Under the pieces are notes generated by a model that made no database searches, had not been told where the DNA came from, and was given only the letters and a program-made list of their open reading frames with translations. The translations under genes were made by a program, and so were the position numbers. 64,000 nucleotides of DNA from Candidatus Omnitrophota bacterium (lineage in GTDB: Bacteria > Omnitrophota > Omnitrophia > Omnitrophales > Aquincolibacteriaceae): the NCBI GenBank assembly GCA_003140935.1, contig PLLJ01000039.1, forward strand, positions 76,007-140,006, given 5' to 3'. Positions 56,550-64,000 of the stretch are shown piece after piece; positions within the stretch are counted from its first letter, which is position 1; every line of letters starts with the position of its first letter.

Positions 56550-56726
56550 ATGAAAAAGCTAGCGCTGGTTGCGGTGATGTTGTTGGTCGCGGGAACTGCC
56601 GTTTATGCCGCGATGCCTGCCAAGAAGGTCGAATGCAACGTGAACGGGAAGACGAAGCTCGTCAAGACCGTTGATGCCTGCAAAGCCTTAGGCGGCACGG
56701 TGGTTGAAGCGAAGAAAGTTTCATAA
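56550..56726 (+). CDS. Small secreted protein (58 aa)
   Basis: AAAGGAG SD and signal peptide. Followed by a strong terminator. Confidence 0.4.
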   Translation: MKKLALVAVMLLVAGTAVYAAMPAKKVECNVNGKTKLVKTVDACKALGGTVVEAKKVS

Positions 56727-56765
56727 AAAAACCCGAGATTTTTTCGGGGAGTGTGTCGACGGAAA

Positions 56766-56801
56766 GGGAGCTGCCTTGAAAAGGGCAGCTCCCTTTTTTT
56801 G
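56766..56801 (+). terminator. Rho-independent terminator
   Basis: gggagctgcc-ttgaaaa-gggcagctccc followed by ttttttt. Confidence 0.75.
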
Positions 56802-56945
56802 TGCGCGCGGGTCCCGGGCCGGCGGCGGACCCTGCCACCCGTTTCCGCGGATAATTTTTTGTCTTTATTTTAAGGTTTAGTGATAAGATTTTGCGTTCGA
56901 TGGTAGGGTCCGATCGTCCGAAGTTCTCTGCTCTGAGAGGTATCC

Positions 56946-57626
56946 ATGCGTATTCTTTTGGCCGAAGATGACAGCCGTGTTGCCAGTTTTGTGCGCCGCG
57001 GTTTGCGCGAAGAACAGTATGCCGTGGATGTGGCCACGGACGGTGAAAAAGCGTTTCTTATGGCCCAAACCGGGGAATACAGCCTCATCATTCTGGACCT
57101 CATGCTCCCTAAAAAGGACGGGATGGAGGTGCTGCGGACGCTTCGCGCTTCCAAGTGCGGCACCCCGGTCCTGATCCTGACCGCGAAAGACAAACCCAAA
57201 GATAAAGTGGAAGGGTTGAACGCGGGCGCGGACGATTATCTGACCAAGCCTTTTGGCTTCGAGGAACTCCTGGCACGCGTGCGCGCGCTCTTGAGGCGCG
57301 GCGGGAACATGGCCCCGACCGTCCTTGCCGCGGGAGATCTTCAAATGGACACGCTGAAACACAAGGTGCGGCGCGGCGGCAAAGAGATCGATCTCACGAA
57401 CCGGGAATACGCCCTTATGGAATTCTTCCTGCGCCATCCGAACGAAGTGGTCACGCGCACCACGCTTTCCGAGCAGGTGTGGGAGGCTGATTTTGACACG
57501 TTCTCCAATGTCATCGATGTGCACATCGCGCGGCTGCGGCAAAAGATCAACGATGGTTTTTCATCGAAACTTTTGCAGACCGTGCGCGGCAGGGGCTACA
57601 TCCTCCAGATCTCCGAGATCGAATGA
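56946..57626 (+). CDS. OmpR-family response regulator (CusR/CopR-like)
   Basis: Receiver domain plus winged-helix. ILLAEDD, LDLMLP. Confidence 0.8.
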   Translation: MRILLAEDDSRVASFVRRGLREEQYAVDVATDGEKAFLMAQTGEYSLIILDLMLPKKDGMEVLRTLRASKCGTPVLILTAKDKPKDKVEGLNAGADDYLTKPFGFEELLARVRALLRRGGNMAPTVLAAGDLQMDTLKHKVRRGGKEIDLTNREYALMEFFLRHPNEVVTRTTLSEQVWEADFDTFSNVIDVHIARLRQKINDGFSSKLLQTVRGRGYILQISEIE

Positions 57627-59101
57627 TCCGCTCCGTCCGGTTCTCTTTGACCCTTTGGTATGCCGCGATCCTGATCGTGATCCTTTCCCTGTTCGGGGGA
57701 GTGCTTTACACGAATATGCGGTCCAACCTCGCACGGGATGTCGACCGGTTGTTGGCCTCCGAAGCGGACGGGGTCAGTGATGCCATTGCCTCTTTCGGAA
57801 AAGCCGAGATCGAGGCTAAAAATCCGCGCATCTCTTCCCAGGAAAAACTCACGGAGATCTTTCTGGGAAATGCCGCCCGCGGCGAGATCCCGGCGCTTGT
57901 CAGGCGATGGGCCGAAGTGACGGCTGAACTGGATACCGTGCGTCCGGTTCGTATTATTTCTCAAACGGGCGAAACGCTGGCTTTTTCTTCCAGCCTTTCG
58001 AATTGGTCGATCCCTGTTAATGCCCAGGCGCTCCGTCATGCGAGCGGGGGAAAGACGTCTTACGAGACTTACAGCGTCGCGTCCGGCCACCGGGTACGGA
58101 TCGTGACGTATCCCATTCTTGAAAAGGGACGCCTCCTTTATTTTGTGCAAGTCGTGACCTCCCTTCTCGAGACAGACGCCTCCCTGGATCGTTTGAGGAG
58201 CTGGCTGCTTTGGCTGATCCCGATGACGGCGATCCTGGCCAGTCTGGTGGGGTGGTTTTTGGCAAGTCTGGCGCTTCGTCCCGTGGGAAGGATGATCCAC
58301 GAAGCCCGGCAGATGAGCGAATCGCGGCTTCACCGGCGCATCGCCGTGCCAAAGACCGGGGATGAACTCCAAAAATTGGGCCAAACCTTCAACGAAATGA
58401 TCGACCGTTTCGAACGGGGTTTCAAAAGGCTGCGTCAGTTCAGCGCTGCGGCTTCCCATGAGCTTCGCACCCCGCTCACCGTGATGAAAGGGGAAATGGA
58501 ACTGGTCTTGCGCAAATCACGGACCGAGGAAGAATATGAAAGGGTGCTCCGGAACCAGCTCCGGGTGGTCGATGACATGGCGCGCGTCGTGGAACAGCTC
58601 TTGGCGGTGGCGCACGCGGAGGACGGGGAATTGGCCGTCCAGTGGGAGGTGCTGGAGTTGGAGACGCTCATCCGTTCCGTCGCGCAAAGCTTGGGTCTGA
58701 TCGCAAACGATAAAAAGATCTCGCTTCAGATCCATGCGGAAAGAAACGTCCGGATCCAGGGGGAGCGGAGGCTCTTGGAACGTCTGATCGCCAATCTCCT
58801 TGAGAACGCGATCAAACACACGCCGGCGGGGGGTCAGGTGACGCTGGAGGCGGTCCGGCGCGGGGAACAGTCCCTTTTGATCGTACGGGATACCGGGAAG
58901 GGGATCTCCGCGGAAGACAGGCCGAAAATATTCAATAAGTTTTTCAGCCCGCAACAATCCTCCGAAGGCGTTCCTTCCACGGGGATCGGGCTCGGGCTTT
59001 GCCGATGGATCGCGGAAGTCCACCGGGGAAAGATCGAGGTCACGAGCCTTCCGGGTCAGGGCGCGGAATTCACCGTCTCTTTTCCTTTCGCGGGGTCTTG
59101 A
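57623..59101 (+). CDS. Sensor histidine kinase (CusS/BaeS-like, HAMP)
   Basis: ATGA overlap with the regulator gene. Two TM helices, HAMP, H-box AASHELRTPLT, ATPase boxes. Confidence 0.75.
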   Translation: MIRSVRFSLTLWYAAILIVILSLFGGVLYTNMRSNLARDVDRLLASEADGVSDAIASFGKAEIEAKNPRISSQEKLTEIFLGNAARGEIPALVRRWAEVTAELDTVRPVRIISQTGETLAFSSSLSNWSIPVNAQALRHASGGKTSYETYSVASGHRVRIVTYPILEKGRLLYFVQVVTSLLETDASLDRLRSWLLWLIPMTAILASLVGWFLASLALRPVGRMIHEARQMSESRLHRRIAVPKTGDELQKLGQTFNEMIDRFERGFKRLRQFSAAASHELRTPLTVMKGEMELVLRKSRTEEEYERVLRNQLRVVDDMARVVEQLLAVAHAEDGELAVQWEVLELETLIRSVAQSLGLIANDKKISLQIHAERNVRIQGERRLLERLIANLLENAIKHTPAGGQVTLEAVRRGEQSLLIVRDTGKGISAEDRPKIFNKFFSPQQSSEGVPSTGIGLGLCRWIAEVHRGKIEVTSLPGQGAEFTVSFPFAGS

Positions 59102-59229
59102 AGGCTCCGGACTTATTTCAACAGTTTCAAACATCCTTCCATTGCGGTACAATACGCGGCGAAAAAATAAAGTAGGGGAGCGTTCTTAATTTCATCATTC
59201 ACCGGGATCATCCGGGAAGACGTTTTTAT

Positions 59230-61785
59230 ATGCCGAACTCTCAAAATCAAAAAAATCAGAAGCCCGTCGCTTTCTTCAGCGCGGCGCTTGTCGAAGATCT
59301 CCTGAAAGAATTCATGACCTCGTGGGGGGGTCTTTCGAAGGACGAGGCCGCTTTACGGCTTGAAAGGCACGGCTACAATGAGCCGGCCAAAAGGAAAAAA
59401 AGGGCCGCGTTGTGGCAGCTCCTCCAAAAATTCTGGGATCCGCTCATCCTCGTTCTGATCGTTATCTGCCTCTTTTCGCTTTTTTTCGGAGAAAAGATCC
59501 AGGCCCTGCTCGTGCTTTTCATGATCTTCCTGAGCGTCGGCCTTTCTTTTACCCAGGAATACCGTTCCCACAAAGCGGCCGAAAAACTGAACGAGCTTGT
59601 GCGCGCCACCGCCACCGTCTTCCGGGACGGAGCCGAGGTCGAGGTCCGGATGCGCGAGATCGTCCCGGGCGACATCGTGAACCTTTTCGCGGGCGACATG
59701 ATCCCCGCCGATCTCCGGATCCTTTCCTGCAAAGACCTTTTTATCAACCAGTCGTCGCTGACGGGGGAATCCTTTCCCATCGAAAAGAGCGCGGCGTCCG
59801 CCAAGACAGAAGGGGTCGCGGTCACAAGCCTCGGGAATATCGCATTCATGGGTTCCAGCGTCGTCAGCGGTACGGCGCTCGGGCTTGTCATCAAGACGGG
59901 GATCGAAACGCAATTCGGAGAGATCTCCAAGCGTCTTGCCACCATCCGTACGATGACGAGTTTTGACAAAGGGATCCAGAAATTCGTATGGCTCATGATC
60001 CGGATCATGGTCCTTTTGGTGGTCGTTATTTTCGCGATTAATTTTTTCACCAAAGGGGACATCATTCAGGCCCTTCTCTTCTCGCTCGCGGTCGCGGTCG
60101 GTCTGACCCCGGAAATGCTTCCGATGCTCGTGACGGTGAATCTGTCCAAGGGCGCGATCGCGATGTCCCAGAAGAAAGTGATCGTGAAACGCCTGAACTC
60201 GATCCAGAACCTGGGCGCCATGGACGTGATCTGCACCGACAAGACCGGGACGCTCACGCTGGATGATGTCGTGCTCGAACGGCACTGCGACGTGGTCCGC
60301 AATGAGAACGAAGAGGTCCTGAAATACGCTTTCATGAACAGTTTTTACCAGACGGGTCTGAAGAACCTGCTGGACCGCGCGATCCTGAAGCATGAACTTG
60401 CGCTCACCGAGCAATACACCAAGGCCGATGAGATCCCGTTCGATTTTTCACGCAGGATCATGTCGGTGATCGTGGAGGCCCATGACAAACAAACGCTTAT
60501 TTCCAAAGGCGCGCCGGAGGAGATCTTCAAGCGTTGCAGTCATTACGAGCTCGAAGGCGAAATTCTGGAGATGGAAAATCTGATCCTTTCGGACCTCAAG
60601 GAAGAGTACGACAGTTTGAGCGCCGACGGTTTCCGGGTCCTGGCGGTGGCTTATAAGAACATGCCCGAGAAAAAAAGCGTTTACAGCAGGGACGATGAAA
60701 AGGACCTGGTCTTGATCGGCTACCTCGCGTTCCTCGATCCGCCGAAACCCAGCGCCAAGGAGACGATCCGCCGCCTCAAAAAACTCGGCATCGAATTCAA
60801 AGTGCTGACCGGCGACAACGAGCTGGTGACCAAAAAGATCTGCAGCCATGTCGGGCTGGATGTTCACGAGATGGTCACGGGCGACAAACTGGAGACCTTA
60901 AGCGATTCCGCCCTCAAAGAACTTGTGCAAAAAACCACCGTTTTCGCGCGGCTTTCACCGATCCAAAAAGAACGCGTGATCCATGCTTTGCACGAGAACG
61001 GTCATGTGGTGGGCTATTTGGGGGACGGGATCAACGATGCCCCCGCGCTCAAAACCTCGGATGTCGGCATCTCCGTCAATAACGCGGTCGATATTGCCAA
61101 GGAATCCGCGGATATCATCCTCCTCGAGAAAAGCCTCCTGGTCCTGGAAGACGGTGTCCTGGAAGGGCGCAAGACTTTCGGGAATATCATGAAATACATC
61201 AAGATGGGGTCCAGCTCCAATTTCGGGAATATGATCAGCATGACCGGGGCGAGCCTGTTCCTGCCGTTCCTTCCGATGCTTCCGATCCAGATCCTGCTCA
61301 ACAACTTTCTCTATGACGTTTCGCAGGTCGCGATCCCCACCGATAAAGTGGACAGCGACTATCTGCTCAAGCCGAAAGGCTGGGACATCGCGTCCATCCG
61401 GCGGTTCATGCTGATCTTCGGTCCCATCAGTTCCTTTTTTGATTTCCTGACCTTCGGCCTCCTGCTTTTTGTTTTCAAGGCCGCGCCGGCGCAGTTCCAG
61501 ACGGGCTGGTTCCTGGAATCGCTCTGCACTCAGACCTTTATCATCCATGTCATTCGCACGGCCAAGGTCCCTTTCGTTGAGAGCCGTCCGAGCTCCTTCT
61601 TGGTGGGGATGTCTGTTTTTATCGTCGCGGTGGCTTTTGCGATCACTCTGACGCCCTTCGGAAAACTGTTCGGGTTCATTCCTCCGACCTGGAGTTACGG
61701 TCTGACGCTCTTCCTGATCGTCCTCTGTTATCTCGCCCTCACCCAAAAGATCAAATCCTGGTACGTTAAAAAGTACGGCTACTGA
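59230..61785 (+). CDS. mgtA: Magnesium-transporting P-type ATPase
   Basis: ICTDKTGTLT phosphorylation site, GDGINDAPAL and MgtA-like length and topology. Confidence 0.85.
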   Translation: MPNSQNQKNQKPVAFFSAALVEDLLKEFMTSWGGLSKDEAALRLERHGYNEPAKRKKRAALWQLLQKFWDPLILVLIVICLFSLFFGEKIQALLVLFMIFLSVGLSFTQEYRSHKAAEKLNELVRATATVFRDGAEVEVRMREIVPGDIVNLFAGDMIPADLRILSCKDLFINQSSLTGESFPIEKSAASAKTEGVAVTSLGNIAFMGSSVVSGTALGLVIKTGIETQFGEISKRLATIRTMTSFDKGIQKFVWLMIRIMVLLVVVIFAINFFTKGDIIQALLFSLAVAVGLTPEMLPMLVTVNLSKGAIAMSQKKVIVKRLNSIQNLGAMDVICTDKTGTLTLDDVVLERHCDVVRNENEEVLKYAFMNSFYQTGLKNLLDRAILKHELALTEQYTKADEIPFDFSRRIMSVIVEAHDKQTLISKGAPEEIFKRCSHYELEGEILEMENLILSDLKEEYDSLSADGFRVLAVAYKNMPEKKSVYSRDDEKDLVLIGYLAFLDPPKPSAKETIRRLKKLGIEFKVLTGDNELVTKKICSHVGLDVHEMVTGDKLETLSDSALKELVQKTTVFARLSPIQKERVIHALHENGHVVGYLGDGINDAPALKTSDVGISVNNAVDIAKESADIILLEKSLLVLEDGVLEGRKTFGNIMKYIKMGSSSNFGNMISMTGASLFLPFLPMLPIQILLNNFLYDVSQVAIPTDKVDSDYLLKPKGWDIASIRRFMLIFGPISSFFDFLTFGLLLFVFKAAPAQFQTGWFLESLCTQTFIIHVIRTAKVPFVESRPSSFLVGMSVFIVAVAFAITLTPFGKLFGFIPPTWSYGLTLFLIVLCYLALTQKIKSWYVKKYGY

Positions 61786-61789
61786 TCGC

Positions 61790-62080
61790 GCGCAGAAATT
61801 TCCAAGGATCCTGAAGCGCGCTCCGAGGGTCGAGCGGGCATGGTGGCGAGCAGGACCGGGCGTCGTCACCCGCGGTTCGTTTCTTCCAGCGAGAAACGAC
61901 CGCTTGCGGCTCTCGCCCTTGGGATCCGCCCCCAAGGGGGCGGCACCAAGCTCCCAAGGGCTCCGAACGCTGCCTCCGTCCCAGTCCTGCTCGCCGAGCG
62001 AGACCAGAGGCGCGAGTGAAGTTTTTTCTCGCTGGGAAAAAACGAGCGGCGAAGAAGGATCCTGGGAAATTTCTGTGGGG
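61790..62080 (+). repeat. Repeat family E, copy 2
   Basis: Shares about 280 bp of interrupted homology with 53840-54200, with compensatory hairpin changes (ccgccccc/gggggcgg versus ccgttcc/ggaacgg). Confidence 0.55.
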
Positions 62081-62167
62081 CGGATTTGCAAAACAGCAGT
62101 TTCCGTTTTTCGTTAGGTGAGTATAATACGTCATTCGTTCACCAGTCGATTAACGTAGGAATTTTAT

Positions 62168-63313
62168 ATGAAAAAAGAGCCTTCAAGCGCGTCAAAACTG
62201 GTCAAAGGTTTGGAAGGGGTTGTGGCCGCCCAGACATCCCTCAGCGACGTGGACGGCGAGAACGGCCGGCTTCTCTATCGCGGTATTCCCATCGGAGAAC
62301 TGGTCGAAAAGTCCCATTTCGAAGAAGTGACGTATCATCTTTGGTACGCGAAACTTCCTACCACCGAGGAGCTCCGGGTCTTCAAGGAGACTTTGAAGGC
62401 GCAGAGGCCGCTCTCCGAACTCGCGATGCAGGTCCTGAGACTGATCCCCACCACCACCCATCCCATGAGCGCTCTTAGGACCATGTGTTCGCTGATGGGG
62501 AGCCTGGATCCGCGGGCCCATATCGTCAATCCCGAGGAATCCCAGCGTAAGGCCTATCATCTGACGGGTGTATTTCCGACCATTATTGCCGCCTTTCACA
62601 GACTTCGCGAAGGAAAGAAACCCATTCAGCCGGACATGAGCCTTTCGCACGCGGCCAATTTCCTTTATATGATGAACGGCACGAAACCAACCCCGGAAAT
62701 GGAGAAGGCGCTAGACGCCTACCTGATCCTTCTGGCCGACCACGGACTCAACGCTTCGACTTTCGCGGCGCGCGTGACGACCGGGACCTTATCGAACCTT
62801 TATTCGGCGGTCACTTCCGCGGTCGGGACGCTCGCGGGCGAACTTCACGGCGCGGCGAACCAATACGCGATGGAAATGATCCTGGAGATCGGAACGCCGG
62901 CCAATGCCGCCCCGTATGTGAATAAACTTTTGGATGAGAAAAAGAAAGTCATGGGCTTCGGGCACCGGATCTACAAGACCCGCGATCCGCGCGCCGAGGC
63001 GTTCCGGAAGATCGCGCATGACCTGTGCGTCAAGGCGGGAAAGATGGACTGGCTTGAGATCGCGGCGCATGTCGAGAAAGTCATGATGGACCGCAAAAAG
63101 ATCCCCTGCAACGTGGATTTTTTCTCGGCCCCCGTGCTTTATGTGCTCGGATTCCCGCCCGATTTTTTCACGACGGTCTTTGCGGCGAGCCGCGTCGCCG
63201 GGTGGAGCGGCCACATCATCGAGCAGCAGCTGGACAATCGCTTGATCCGTCCGCTCGCGGAATATATCGGTCCGCAAGAACAGTATTACATTCCCCACGA
63301 AGAACGGAAATAA
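62168..63313 (+). CDS. gltA: Citrate synthase
   Basis: GFGHRIYKTRDPRA signature and full-length conservation. Confidence 0.85.
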   Translation: MKKEPSSASKLVKGLEGVVAAQTSLSDVDGENGRLLYRGIPIGELVEKSHFEEVTYHLWYAKLPTTEELRVFKETLKAQRPLSELAMQVLRLIPTTTHPMSALRTMCSLMGSLDPRAHIVNPEESQRKAYHLTGVFPTIIAAFHRLREGKKPIQPDMSLSHAANFLYMMNGTKPTPEMEKALDAYLILLADHGLNASTFAARVTTGTLSNLYSAVTSAVGTLAGELHGAANQYAMEMILEIGTPANAAPYVNKLLDEKKKVMGFGHRIYKTRDPRAEAFRKIAHDLCVKAGKMDWLEIAAHVEKVMMDRKKIPCNVDFFSAPVLYVLGFPPDFFTTVFAASRVAGWSGHIIEQQLDNRLIRPLAEYIGPQEQYYIPHEERK

Positions 63314-63402
63314 GGGGACGGAGTTTTCTGCCCCGCTCGTCCTGAGCGAAGCGGCTGGGGTCGCAACGACGGAATGTTGTCATAAAAAGGCGGGACACAA
63401 TC

Positions 63403-64000
63403 ATGGCCGCGAATCTTGATTACGCATACGATCAATATTTGAAGACCCACGAGGCCCGCGCCATTCCCGCCCTGGGCCGGTTCAAAGACAAGCTCAAAGA
63501 CCCCACGTTCGCGTACGGCCGGTTCACGGTCCCGGCCTTCTATAAAGCTTATTTTGTCACGCCCAAGCAGCAGCATCTTCTGAAGCGCGCCGCCTCCGCT
63601 TTCTCCCAGATCCTTAATAAGACCGCGCGTCTTTATTTTGAAGAGGCGCAAATGCAGTCTCACTTCCATCTTTCCCCCGAAGCCGAAGAGCTCGTGAGGA
63701 TCGATCCGGGTTATTCGCAGCCGGTCGTCTTCAGCCGCTTTGACGCGCTCCTGGAAGGAGAGAGCCTGAAACTTTTGGAGTTCAACTGCGACGCTCCCGC
63801 CGGCGCCGCTTACACGGACCAGCTGGAGTCCTCGTTCCTTTCCGAGGAACTGATCTGGCCTTTCGCCGAGGAGCATCATCTGGCCGCGAGCGAACGCGTT
63901 CAAAGCATTCTTTCGACCCTGCTTTCGGTCTATGAAGAGTTCGGCGGTTATGAAACTCCCCAGATCGCGATCGTCGACTGGCGGCACGCGAGGACGACCC
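63403..64000 (+). CDS. Partial CDS (3' end outside window), possibly glutathionylspermidine-synthase-like / circularly permuted ATP-grasp family
   Basis: Open + frame from ATG 63403 to the window end, with motif LLEFNCDAPAG. Track lists only an antisense ORF here. Confidence 0.35.
   Translation, partial: MAANLDYAYDQYLKTHEARAIPALGRFKDKLKDPTFAYGRFTVPAFYKAYFVTPKQQHLLKRAASAFSQILNKTARLYFEEAQMQSHFHLSPEAEELVRIDPGYSQPVVFSRFDALLEGESLKLLEFNCDAPAGAAYTDQLESSFLSEELIWPFAEEHHLAASERVQSILSTLLSVYEEFGGYETPQIAIVDWRHARTT

Noticed and set aside
59102-59229. mgtA leader as a possible Mg2+ riboswitch or leader peptide
   Set aside because: Contains a short hairpin (ccgggatcatccggg) but I could not recognise M-box elements or a proline-rich mgtL-like ORF. 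Insufficient evidence.
56877-62091. Several long minus-strand ORFs (56877-57542, 59353-60414, 60955-62091)
   Set aside because: All lie antisense to the well-supported regulator, mgtA and repeat E. There is no homology and no SD, so they are high-GC artefacts.
1-64000. CRISPR arrays, rRNA genes, IS transposases, integrases
   Set aside because: Searched visually for regularly spaced direct repeats, rRNA conserved blocks and DDE/tyrosine-recombinase motifs in the ORF translations. None found.

Overview
This 64-kb window is from a high-GC (about 58-60%) bacterial chromosome. Taxon cannot be assigned from sequence alone. Four-helix-bundle and TIGR04073-like secreted proteins, together with abundant small intergenic repeats, suggest an uncultivated, repeat-rich lineage. 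Most of the window is housekeeping and collinear on the + strand: pilT, tadA, tRNA-Ser(TGA), rlmN, ychF, cysE, rnhA, pepA, rsmB, trmJ, pyrE, mutY (-), suhB (-), isocitrate/isopropylmalate-type dehydrogenase, two tandem hemerythrins translationally coupled to aconitase acnA, an acyltransferase-3 membrane protein, several two-component systems (OmpR-type regulator plus kinase upstream of P-type ATPase mgtA), citrate synthase and rluA. Three features stand out. (1) A roughly 9.5-kb low-GC accessory island at about 27.9-37.3 kb carries a retropepsin-like protease, a GHSFG alpha/beta hydrolase, a gene whose 3' end is duplicated around an inserted cassette (membrane protein, GIY-YIG-like protein), and a tight three-gene module. 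That module is a large unknown protein, a ClpP-like serine protease fusion and a PIN-domain nuclease, and I consider it a candidate uncharacterised defence or toxin system. A DUF1016_N-SNase nuclease fusion abuts the island. (2) At least five families of dispersed intergenic repeats are present (A-E in the features). Several show compensatory base changes that preserve hairpins, one copy is nested inside another, and the most abundant is a REP-like GGGACTCG-based element at many gene ends. (3) There are several signs of duplication or insertion: a tRNA-Ser 3'-end remnant with a 12-bp perfect palindrome, direct repeats flanking a histidine kinase gene, and tandem paralog pairs (hemerythrins, coiled-coil secreted proteins, SGNH-TPR hydrolases). 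No CRISPR array, rRNA, IS transposase or integrase gene was recognised.
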